From Chitinivibrionales bacterium (GTDB lineage Bacteria; Fibrobacterota; Chitinivibrionia; Chitinivibrionales; WJKA01), in assembly GCA_038247415.1 (NCBI GenBank), contig JBBRUX010000023.1, positions 1 to 64,000 of the forward strand: a stretch of 64,000 bases of DNA, in the 5' to 3' direction. This document shows, piece by piece, positions 29,538-38,459 of this stretch. The notes under the pieces were generated by a model. The model worked only from the letters and a program-made list of their open reading frames with translations, ran no database searches and had not been told where the DNA came from. The position numbers and the translations under genes were made by a program. Each line of letters opens with the position of its first letter. The stretch's first letter is position 1.

Positions 29538-31349
29538 TTACACGCAATACCACGACGATGTAACCGGAGAGCACACTCCAGCATAGCAATCCTGATCGGG
29601 GGTTCCCTTAACGACAATACTGTTGATGGGAACCTTTTTCGTATCAAGCGGCGTGCTCGAAGTAATAATGTGCCAGAAGCCTTCTTGAAAAAACACACCT
29701 AAATTGCTAAAATCCGACCCCAAGGGGTGCTGATATTCTTTAAAAAAATGATCAGCGTTTCCGTGAGTGCCCAAGAGTGTATCAGAACGCAAAAGGGCCA
29801 TGCAGGCTAGTGCATACCCCGAAGGCATTGGATGATCGGTTTCTGATGCGTAAACCTTAATAAAATCGGGTTCGTGTGCTTCCACCCACCCCACGCCCGT
29901 AAAGAAAGTCAGGACGCTTGCGCGCAATTGGGGAATATGGGTAAGCCACAGGGGATCATCCTCTGCAGCATAGGTAACGGCGAGCAATAAGGATGCTGCA
30001 TCGGATAGAAAAGCGTATTTTGGGGTTTCATTTCCCATTACCACGTGTGCAACGGAAGTAGTAGTAACAAAAGTATCTACTAGTGCAGAGAGCACCTCAA
30101 GTGCTTTCTTGCGAATGACAGTATCCCCTATCAATCGACTATACACAATAAGCCCAACAACCGCGAGTGCATTGACATTGCAAAGAATTTTAGTATCAAC
30201 ACCCGGTTGAATCCGTAGCCGACGAATCGCCAACAGCTTCTCTTGTATGATGGGCAAATTTACATCTGCATACTTTACCAAATGAACTAACCCCTCAAAA
30301 TTGCCATGTTCGGAGACGTCGTACACTTTACACAAAGACTCAAGCTCAACCTGTGTGAGGCAAGACGAAAGTTCTGCATAAGACCAAAGATACGTTGCCC
30401 CTTCGTGGTGATGAGTATCAGCATCAAAAGCAGATACAAAAAGGCCATCTTTGGCAAATGTTTCAAATAGATTTTTTACAATACCTTGGGCAACGTGTTC
30501 ATATTCTCTGGAATCAAAGATTTTTGCAGCAAGAGAGAAATACCAGAGTGCCATTGCCTGATCGTAGAGCATTTTTTCAAAGTGAGGAATTGTCCATTTT
30601 TGATCTACACAATAGCGAAAGATCCCGCCCGCTAAATGGTCATAGAGACCTTTAAGACGTATGGCATCAAGAGTTTTAATACACATATCGCCAATCTCTG
30701 GAGCTTTTGTTACCGCGAATACATTGAGCAGAAATAGCAATGTCGCATGGGGAGGGAATTTATTTGTCGTACCAAATCCACCATAAAGCGGATCGAAATG
30801 CGCCGAAATCACCTGCAAAATTCCCTCAAATGATTTTGATACTTTACGAGGAGGTTGAGATTCAAGGGGTGGAAGCAACTCGTTTTTTTCTTTGATAAAA
30901 TGTAATACCGAAGCAGCATAGTCTAAAAGCGTTGGGATTCCATTTTTTGAAGTTGAGCCCGCATATGTCAATGCAGCAACAGGTCGTAGCCCGGAGGTTA
31001 AAAAAACATTAAGCGGCCATCCCCCACTGCCATGTTGAGATAGCATAAAATCCATTAAAATTTGATCGATGTCTGGACGTGTTTCGCGATCTACTTTAAT
31101 TGCAATAAAATGATCATTGATGAAATTGGCTGTTTGAGAATCGGAAAAAGCATCGGCAGCCATAACATGACACCAATGACACGTAGCATACCCAACCGAG
31201 ACAAAAAGCGGAATATCATGCGTTTTTGCATACTCGAGAACTGGCGTTGACCACTCTTGCCAGTGCACTGGGTTTTGGGCATGCTGTTTAAGATAGGGCG
31301 ATAAGGAATTTTCGAGATTGTTTTTTGTAAAATCGATTGTAATATTCAT
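29538..31349 (-). CDS. YyaL/SSP411-like thioredoxin-domain protein
   Basis: SPYLKQHAQNPVHW, CHWCHVM, KVDRETRPDID, GGWPL and PHFEKMLYDQA. Confidence 0.9.
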   Translation of the reverse strand: MNITIDFTKNNLENSLSPYLKQHAQNPVHWQEWSTPVLEYAKTHDIPLFVSVGYATCHWCHVMAADAFSDSQTANFINDHFIAIKVDRETRPDIDQILMDFMLSQHGSGGWPLNVFLTSGLRPVAALTYAGSTSKNGIPTLLDYAASVLHFIKEKNELLPPLESQPPRKVSKSFEGILQVISAHFDPLYGGFGTTNKFPPHATLLFLLNVFAVTKAPEIGDMCIKTLDAIRLKGLYDHLAGGIFRYCVDQKWTIPHFEKMLYDQAMALWYFSLAAKIFDSREYEHVAQGIVKNLFETFAKDGLFVSAFDADTHHHEGATYLWSYAELSSCLTQVELESLCKVYDVSEHGNFEGLVHLVKYADVNLPIIQEKLLAIRRLRIQPGVDTKILCNVNALAVVGLIVYSRLIGDTVIRKKALEVLSALVDTFVTTTSVAHVVMGNETPKYAFLSDAASLLLAVTYAAEDDPLWLTHIPQLRASVLTFFTGVGWVEAHEPDFIKVYASETDHPMPSGYALACMALLRSDTLLGTHGNADHFFKEYQHPLGSDFSNLGVFFQEGFWHIITSSTPLDTKKVPINSIVVKGTPDQDCYAGVCSPVTSSWYCV

Positions 31350-31666
31350 AGTAATAATTCTTTAATTTTAAAATACCCGGAAAAAGAATTGTTTAATAGA
31401 GAATACGGTTAAGGTTTTGGGCAAGTTGTAACATTATGATTTAAAATTCCGCATTGGAAGACAATTTAATGTTATCAAAATTCACATTAACCTGCTCTTT
31501 TAAATAGTAAAACAGCTTGTAATTTGGCCCGAATAATGGTATTTTAACAATGCTTTTTTTTAAACATAGTGTTCTACTCAGTATTTTTCCTCATATCTTT
31601 GCGGACTAACAAAAGACCTTAAAAATTCATGATCGCAAACCCCTGCTGCCATACGATGGAATCATT

Positions 31667-33013
31667 ATGAACAATTCAAAATCGCCGGTTTCTTCCAAAA
31701 AACTAACCTATACATTTAAGGGTGGCATTCACCCGTGCGATTCTAAGTCATTAGCCGAAGACAAATTAATCGAACAATTCTCACCAAAAACTGTCCGCAT
31801 TCCGCTGAGCCAGCATATAGGAGCGCCTGCAACTTCCCTGGTAAAACCTGGGGATATCGTTACTCGTGGCCAGTTAATTGGATCGGCAGCGGGTATGATT
31901 TCAGCACCGATACATTCGTCCATCACCGGCACGGTTAAAGCTATGGTCTCTGTGCACTTGCCCAATGGACGCAAGGTTCCCGCAATCGAAATAGAAGAAT
32001 CAGCTGGTGCTGTTTACCAAAACTATGAGCCCCAAAGTGACTACGCAACTACATCGGCCGACGAACTCAGAAAAATTGTTGCCGATTCGGGTATTGTTGG
32101 TTTAGGTGGTGCCACGTTTCCTACAGTAGTTAAGCTCGCCCCAAACAGCGAAAAAACAGTGGATACGATCCTTATTAATGCTGCTGAATGTGAACCCTAT
32201 CTCACTGCCGACTATAGGCTCATTCTCGAACAACCAGAACAATTCATTACTGGCATCACATTGCTTCTCACCATTTTTGCGGGTGCACGATGCATAATAG
32301 GCATCGAAGACAATAAGCCCACAGCAATCGACATGATTAAAAAGCATATATCTGGGCACGAATCCAGCATAAGCCTTGCAATACTTCCTGTCAAGTATCC
32401 CCAAGGCGCAGAAAAAATGCTTATCAAAGCAGCAACTGGCCGAGTTGTTCCTGCTGGTAAATTACCCCTTGAAGTTGGCGTAAGCGTGCACAATGTTGGT
32501 ACGGTTGTGGCAATTTACGAGGCCGTAGTCTGTAACAAGCCGCTCATCGATCGCATCGTTACAATCTCAGGCGAAGGGATCCAGCGTCCAGCAAACATAC
32601 GCGTTCCCATTGGTACGAGCGTAGCAGATCTCCTTGCAGCATGCGGTGGCCTTAAAGCCACCACATCCAGACTTGTTGCAGGTGGTCCCATGATGGGATT
32701 TGCACTCGCAAATGCCAACACCGTAATAATTAAAGGAACTTCTGGTATTCTTGCGCTCACCGATAAAAAATCACCGCAATTGAATAAATCTGGCCCCTGT
32801 ATCCGCTGCGGTCGGTGTATGCGCGCCTGTCCAATGAATTTACGTCCTGCTGATTTTGGTTTATATGGCGATCGTGAAGATTGGAAAGCGGTGAAAGAGC
32901 TTGGTGCAATTAATTGTTTTGAATGTGGATGCTGCGTGTATGTATGCCCCTCAAATCGCCCCCTTGTGCATTATGTCAAAATTGCAAAAACCATCAAAGA
33001 TGAGAAAAAATAA
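31667..33013 (+). CDS. rnfC: Rnf complex subunit C
   Basis: FKGGIHP, QHIGAPA, GLGGATFPT, NAAECEPYLTAD, YPQGAEK and two CxxCxxCxxxCP motifs. Confidence 0.95.
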   Translation: MNNSKSPVSSKKLTYTFKGGIHPCDSKSLAEDKLIEQFSPKTVRIPLSQHIGAPATSLVKPGDIVTRGQLIGSAAGMISAPIHSSITGTVKAMVSVHLPNGRKVPAIEIEESAGAVYQNYEPQSDYATTSADELRKIVADSGIVGLGGATFPTVVKLAPNSEKTVDTILINAAECEPYLTADYRLILEQPEQFITGITLLLTIFAGARCIIGIEDNKPTAIDMIKKHISGHESSISLAILPVKYPQGAEKMLIKAATGRVVPAGKLPLEVGVSVHNVGTVVAIYEAVVCNKPLIDRIVTISGEGIQRPANIRVPIGTSVADLLAACGGLKATTSRLVAGGPMMGFALANANTVIIKGTSGILALTDKKSPQLNKSGPCIRCGRCMRACPMNLRPADFGLYGDREDWKAVKELGAINCFECGCCVYVCPSNRPLVHYVKIAKTIKDEKK

Positions 33014-33024
33014 GGATAATCACG

Positions 33025-34056
33025 ATGCGCAATTCTACCCTGGCAGCTAGCCCACAAGATTCTTCGCAAAAGTCAAAAGATTTCCCCATTTCTCTTGGAC
33101 CATTTTTTCACACCGCCACCTCAACCAAGTCAATAATGTGGACCGTGAGCGCAGCGCTTGCTCCCGCGGCACTTGCTGGAGTTTACTATTTCGGACCCCG
33201 AGCTCTTATAACCATCCTCATTTCAATAGCAACAGCACTGCTATCCGAATTTGGGTATCAAAAACTGGTTAAGAAACCTGTTTCACTCGGCGATGGTTCT
33301 GCTTTTTTAACAGGTTTGCTTTTGGCAATGAACATTCCTGCATCGTGCCCTGTATACGTTCCTATAATTGGATCATTTACTGCAATAGTTTTGGCAAAGC
33401 AGCTTTTTGGCGGCCTTGGCTACACAATATTTAATCCAGCGCTTGTTGGTAGAGCTGTAGTCATGGCATCATTTCCTCGCGAATTAACCACCTGGACAGC
33501 ACCACTTTCGTGGCATACTGCAATCGACGGTATCACTAAAGCTTCTCCTCTGGGAATCCTCAAGACCGAGGGATATCAGGCAGTTGTCAATCATTTCGGA
33601 TCGACTTCATCGATGTATTGGAACATGCTTATTGGTAATAGAGGCGGATGTCTTGGCGAAACATGCTCGCTAGCGCTTATCGCAGGAGGACTCTTTTTAC
33701 TTGCGCGTGGAATTATTTCATGGCATATTCCACTCACCTACCTGAGCGTTTTTGCTCTTATGGCATTTACTTTTGGTGGATCGCATCCCTTTTCGGGAGA
33801 TGCTCTTTTTGGTATTCTTGCGGGAGGCATTTTGCTTGGAGCCTTTTTCATGGCAACCGATTATGTTACTTCGCCAATGTCGTGGCAAGGAAAGCTCATT
33901 TTTGGCGCGGGATGCGGTATTCTCGCGTTTCTTATCCGAACCTGGTCTGGCTACCCAGAGGGCGTTATGTTTTCGATCCTTATCATGAACTGTTTTAATC
34001 CGCTTATCGATAGAGCTTTTGTAAAGAAGCCCTTTGGAGCTGGTTATAATGGTTGA
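33025..34056 (+). CDS. rnfD: Rnf complex subunit D
   Basis: KQLFGGLG..IFNPALVGR, GCLGET, FFMATDYVTSP and GYPEGV. Confidence 0.95.
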   Translation: MRNSTLAASPQDSSQKSKDFPISLGPFFHTATSTKSIMWTVSAALAPAALAGVYYFGPRALITILISIATALLSEFGYQKLVKKPVSLGDGSAFLTGLLLAMNIPASCPVYVPIIGSFTAIVLAKQLFGGLGYTIFNPALVGRAVVMASFPRELTTWTAPLSWHTAIDGITKASPLGILKTEGYQAVVNHFGSTSSMYWNMLIGNRGGCLGETCSLALIAGGLFLLARGIISWHIPLTYLSVFALMAFTFGGSHPFSGDALFGILAGGILLGAFFMATDYVTSPMSWQGKLIFGAGCGILAFLIRTWSGYPEGVMFSILIMNCFNPLIDRAFVKKPFGAGYNG

Positions 34057-34615
34057 TAAAAAGGAAATAACCCGCATTGTCTTGACCATGGTTTTATCGT
34101 TTACCCTTATTGGGGGTCTTGTTGTGGCTGTGTATGCCTATACCAAGCCCATTATCGATAAAAACATTACCCAACAAACAAAAGCTAAGCTAAAAGCAAT
34201 GTTTCCAGAAGCAGATTCACTTCCCCTTGTGTGTACACGAGATGGAAAAGACTCGCCAACATTGTGCTATAGGGCTCTTAAAAATAATCTAACGCTTGGC
34301 TATGTAATTTCTGCAGGCGGCAAAGGATACTCAAGTATTGTAAAGGTTCTCGCCTCGGTAGATACGCTGCAAAAAATTCGGTTTATTGGCATTCTTTCGC
34401 ATGCAGAAACACCAGGCCTTGGCGATGTCATTCTATCTAAACCGTTTGCTGCAAAATTTCCCGGCGCAACTCTGGCTACAATGCATCTTGTCAAAGCACC
34501 TGCCACAGATGGGATTAATGGGGTAACGGGTGCAACATTTTCAAGTAGAGCGGTGGTTCATGCGCTTAACGAAGGCCTTCAAACACTGCATGATACACTC
34601 CTAAAGGATAAGTAA
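34049..34615 (+). CDS. rnfG: Rnf complex subunit G
   Basis: N-terminal TM helix, KGYSS, HAETPGLG and FMN-attachment motif TGATFSS. Confidence 0.9.
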   Translation: MVDKKEITRIVLTMVLSFTLIGGLVVAVYAYTKPIIDKNITQQTKAKLKAMFPEADSLPLVCTRDGKDSPTLCYRALKNNLTLGYVISAGGKGYSSIVKVLASVDTLQKIRFIGILSHAETPGLGDVILSKPFAAKFPGATLATMHLVKAPATDGINGVTGATFSSRAVVHALNEGLQTLHDTLLKDK

Positions 34616-35226
34616 TGACTGCTAAACTCTCTTATTTTCATCTTGTTAAACGAGGACTTTTCGACGAAAACACCATTTTTCGCATGGCAATAAGCCTTTG
34701 TCCAGCCATTGCAGTAACATCCACAGTGCGCAACGCATTCCTTATGGGTATCGCTGTTCTGTTTGTCCAAACAGCGGTTAATGTTAGCATATCCTGTATA
34801 CGTTCTATTGTTCATCCACGCATTAGACTTCCCCTCTTTATGCTTACTACTGCTGCGTGGGTTTCGATTGTTGATCTTCTTATGGCAGCCTTTATTCCTG
34901 CTGCGTATGCAGAGCTTGGTTTGTATATTCAGCTTATTGTTGCTTTTGCCTCAATTCTTGCGGGCGCAGAAATGTTTGCATCTAAAAACGACCCGATTTC
35001 ATCGTTCTTTGATGGCATCGGCAGAGGCTCTGGATTTCTCTTGGCGCTTTTGGTAATTGGTGCAGTGCGAGAACTGATTGGTAAAGGAGCACTCCTCGAT
35101 TTTTCCATTTTTCCCCGCTCACCCATGCTTGTACTCATTCTTCCTGCGGGAGGTTTTCTTACCGTTGGTTTACTTATGGGATTTTTCAACTGGCTTTCAG
35201 ATAAAAACCGTACCGCTCAAAAATAA
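34615..35226 (+). CDS. rnfE: Rnf complex subunit E (atypical)
   Basis: LCPAIAVT, RIRLP, AE.FASKN, RELIGKG and LPAGGF; position in the operon. Confidence 0.9.
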   Translation: MTAKLSYFHLVKRGLFDENTIFRMAISLCPAIAVTSTVRNAFLMGIAVLFVQTAVNVSISCIRSIVHPRIRLPLFMLTTAAWVSIVDLLMAAFIPAAYAELGLYIQLIVAFASILAGAEMFASKNDPISSFFDGIGRGSGFLLALLVIGAVRELIGKGALLDFSIFPRSPMLVLILPAGGFLTVGLLMGFFNWLSDKNRTAQK

Positions 35227-35238
35227 GGATATCTTTAC

Positions 35239-35829
35239 ATGCACAGCAGCTTTCAACACACTTTCTTTTTAATTCTCAGCGCTTCACTTGTAAATAATTT
35301 TGTCTTTACCCGCTTTTTGGGGCTCTGTATATTTTTTGGTGTATCAAAAAAAATGGAGACCGCCCTTGGCATGAGTGCAACATTCACTATAGTGATGATG
35401 ATGTCTGCTGCTCTGTGCTGGTCTGTTTTCACACTCTTTATGGTACCTTATCATTTGGGTTTTCTTAAAATTATAGTTTTTATCAGTTTAGTTGCGGGAA
35501 TTGTTCAAGCATCCGATACTATCTTACGCAAAATAGCGCCAGTCCTCTTTCAAAAACTGGGAATCTATCTTGCACTTATTTCAACGAACTGTATCATACT
35601 GGCGGTACCACTTATTACTGTTGACGAAAAATATTCACTCGTCGATTCACTTGCCCTTGCATTTGGATCGGGAGTTGGCTTTGCGCTTGCGTTAATCATA
35701 ATGGCGAGCATCCGCGAACGATTGGAACTTGCACAAGTGCCAAAACATTTTAAAGGCATGCCAATTGCGTTTATTGTGAGCGGATTGATAGCTCTTGCGT
35801 TTGGCGGTTTTTCTGGATTACTTCAATAA
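35239..35829 (+). CDS. rnfA: Rnf complex subunit A
   Basis: LVNNFVFTRFLGLC, LGIYLALISTNC, ASIRERL and FKGMPIAFI. Confidence 0.93.
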   Translation: MHSSFQHTFFLILSASLVNNFVFTRFLGLCIFFGVSKKMETALGMSATFTIVMMMSAALCWSVFTLFMVPYHLGFLKIIVFISLVAGIVQASDTILRKIAPVLFQKLGIYLALISTNCIILAVPLITVDEKYSLVDSLALAFGSGVGFALALIIMASIRERLELAQVPKHFKGMPIAFIVSGLIALAFGGFSGLLQ

Positions 35830-35856
35830 TTATACATCGTATGAGGAGCTGAAATA

Positions 35857-36702
35857 ATGGAAGCGCAATCGGCAGAAAGCCTGCCTAAGCTTTTATCCAC
35901 GGCAATACCATTTCTTATTATACTGTCTGCACTAGCGGGTGGCATTCTAGCATTTATTGCACGGAAATTTTTTACAAAAACCGATCCCCGTGTCGAAGAA
36001 GTCACAGGACATCTTGCGCATGCGCATTGCGGGGCCTGCGGCTTTGCAGGATGCAGCCAATATGCCGAAGCTGTTGTAAACAACCCAGATGTACCTCCCA
36101 ATTTGTGCCCTCCGGCCGGGCCATCGGCAGCCGAAAAAATTGCAACACTAACGGGCAAAACAAATTCGCAATCGATAAAAAAAATTGCCGTTGTGCGCTG
36201 CACAGGAGACACGGGCGTTGCATCTCGTAGATTTTTATACCATGGGGTAAAAGATTGCAGGGCTGTTTCTGTTATGGGCGGTGACAAAGATTGCTCTTAT
36301 GGCTGTCTTGGCTATGGCACATGCGTTCGTTCGTGCCCTTTTAACGCTATGATCATGGGTAGTAATGGATTACCAATAATCGATAGCGACACATGTGTGG
36401 CCTGTGGACAATGCGCAATTGCCTGTCCTCGCACGCTCATTATTATCGCAGCGCCACGCACGGTAATCGTAAAATGTAAATCAATCGACAAAGGGGCCGA
36501 AGTCCGTAGCTATTGCAAACATGGCTGTATAGGATGTGGCAAATGTGCTAAAACGTGTCCACACGAAGCCATTACTGTTGCAAACTTTCTCGCAACAATA
36601 GATCCTCTCAAGTGTACGTCTTGTAGAGCATGTATTGCCGTTTGTCCGACAACCGCAATATCAGAAATTATTTGCAAAGAAGACGCAACCCCCGTTGACT
36701 AA
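35857..36702 (+). CDS. rnfB: Rnf complex subunit B (polyferredoxin)
   Basis: DPRVEEV..L...CGACGFAGC and several CxxCxxCxxxCP ferredoxin motifs. Confidence 0.93.
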   Translation: MEAQSAESLPKLLSTAIPFLIILSALAGGILAFIARKFFTKTDPRVEEVTGHLAHAHCGACGFAGCSQYAEAVVNNPDVPPNLCPPAGPSAAEKIATLTGKTNSQSIKKIAVVRCTGDTGVASRRFLYHGVKDCRAVSVMGGDKDCSYGCLGYGTCVRSCPFNAMIMGSNGLPIIDSDTCVACGQCAIACPRTLIIIAAPRTVIVKCKSIDKGAEVRSYCKHGCIGCGKCAKTCPHEAITVANFLATIDPLKCTSCRACIAVCPTTAISEIICKEDATPVD

Positions 36703-38285
36703 CCTTTCGGGGACTTCTTTTGTAATGCTCGACCCCAAGCAATAATCACGGCCATCAATGCAATACCCAAAGACATAACAACCGGCCAATCCCCAAGCCT
36801 AGAATACAAAGTTCTTTCTGGGTTGATATGTATCGAGTCAATAAGGGTCGAGCGCCTAAAAAGTTCTGTTTTTTGATTCACGCGACCATACCGATCTGCC
36901 ACAAAACTTATTCCTGAATTTGCGCATCTAATTAAGGGAATCCCATTTTCGATACACCGAAACCGTGCCATTGCAGCGTGTTGATAAGCTGCGCTTGATT
37001 TTCCAAACCAGCCATCATTAGTTATCTGGAGCATGACATTTGCGCCTCGATTTACCCGGGTACGCACAAAATGCGGGAAAATAATCTCGTAACAGATAAA
37101 AGGGACCGCCTTTATTTTGTTCCCAATTGAAAAGATTGTTGGATCTTTACCCCGTTTAAAATCTGCTTCCCCCAAATTAACCCTGCTAATAATAGGGAAT
37201 ATCCCCTCAAACGGCAATTCTTCACCAAAAGGAACAAGCTGCATTTTATAATAAGGCAGAAAAGGCTTTGCCCCTGTATCAACAAAAAAAGCGGTATTGT
37301 AAACATCGTACGCATACGCGCTCGTTTCGGCAGTTTTATTCCAATCGATAGCACCCACAACAATAGGTATTTTAGTTTGAGCGCTCCAGCTAGCAACCTC
37401 TTGGGAAAAGCCTTGGTTTTTTGCCAAAAAGCAGAGCAACGCACTCTCGGGAAGAACAATGAGGTCTGGTTTATCCAGAGCTGCCTTTTTAACCATCTCT
37501 CCTGTAATAGCAAAACAACTATCGATAGATTTACTGCCCCAATTATTTTGATCCATATTTGTTTGCACAAGTGCGATTTTCTCCCCTACCGAATCAGTAT
37601 GACGATTCAGTGTTATCAATCCGTAGCCTGCGGCTAACAAAAGAAGCATAACAAAAGCTAGACCAGAACGCACATAAAACTTACGGTTTTGCGGCAAAAA
37701 AATAATGCCGAAAACAATCACATTGCCGCATACAATTAAAAACGAAAGCAAATACACCCCACCAAGAGATGCCAGCTGTGCAAGCGGAGTAAGTGACAAA
37801 AGAGAGTACCCGATAAATGCCCAGGGAAATGCCAAATCGCTTTGAGTTCTGAGGAAATCAAGCAGCACTACAACCGAAGGAATTAAAAGAAGTGCCCCAT
37901 ACGAAAATCTTTTAAAAATTAGTCGCCCTAGTGCTCCAATCACAAAAAAAATGGAACCAAAAAAGAACGATGCAAGCACAAGCCCCACAATAATAAGATG
38001 CCATACCCCTTCAGCCTTATCAAGAGCAATCCAATAAAACTGCACAAATGATGCGCTCACTCCGTAAAGATAGCAGTACCATAAAGCTTTTCGAGTATTA
38101 GCAATAAGCGAAAAACTCAAGACCGGAATAAAAATGACAAACGAAATCAAAGGGAGAAATACGAAAATTTTTGCAAAATCACCGTCGAAGGGGGCAAGTG
38201 CCAAAGCGTAGGTAAACCCTAAAAACAATGCTACCCACCAACGATTTTTTTGGCTGATCCAGTTCATCCATTGTGTTGCTATCAT
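36699..38285 (-). CDS. lnt: Apolipoprotein N-acyltransferase
   Basis: FPW, LPES, YYK.QLVPFGE, ICYE, TNDGWFG and RCANSGIS. Confidence 0.95.
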   Translation of the reverse strand: MIATQWMNWISQKNRWWVALFLGFTYALALAPFDGDFAKIFVFLPLISFVIFIPVLSFSLIANTRKALWYCYLYGVSASFVQFYWIALDKAEGVWHLIIVGLVLASFFFGSIFFVIGALGRLIFKRFSYGALLLIPSVVVLLDFLRTQSDLAFPWAFIGYSLLSLTPLAQLASLGGVYLLSFLIVCGNVIVFGIIFLPQNRKFYVRSGLAFVMLLLLAAGYGLITLNRHTDSVGEKIALVQTNMDQNNWGSKSIDSCFAITGEMVKKAALDKPDLIVLPESALLCFLAKNQGFSQEVASWSAQTKIPIVVGAIDWNKTAETSAYAYDVYNTAFFVDTGAKPFLPYYKMQLVPFGEELPFEGIFPIISRVNLGEADFKRGKDPTIFSIGNKIKAVPFICYEIIFPHFVRTRVNRGANVMLQITNDGWFGKSSAAYQHAAMARFRCIENGIPLIRCANSGISFVADRYGRVNQKTELFRRSTLIDSIHINPERTLYSRLGDWPVVMSLGIALMAVIIAWGRALQKKSPKG

Positions 38286-38366
38286 TACGTAGTATCTCCT
38301 TTAAAGCGTATGCGTAATCGTATAAAGAAATTTTAAAATACTTGATTTCACGCACAGGATTCTCAT

Positions 38367-38406
38367 AAAAAAAGCACGGCCATCGCTTCTGCGATAGCCG
38401 TGCTTT
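38367..38406 (-). terminator. Terminator downstream of the FecR/PKD/FGE lipoprotein gene
   Basis: Long stem aaagcacggc-catcgc/gcgata-gccgtgcttt with an A-run on the left (U-tract on minus). A second hairpin, cgccacca/tggtggcg, lies at 38420-38439. Confidence 0.7.
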
Positions 38407-38459
38407 AAATCGTTGGTGCCGCCACCAGCAATGGTGGCGAAAAACACCGCGCTAAACTT

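Noticed and set aside
31468..31488. TGTTA-N7-TCACA upstream of rnfC as a Rex/Crp site
   Set aside because: The spacing is 7 rather than the required 6, and the region is AT-rich, so chance is likely.
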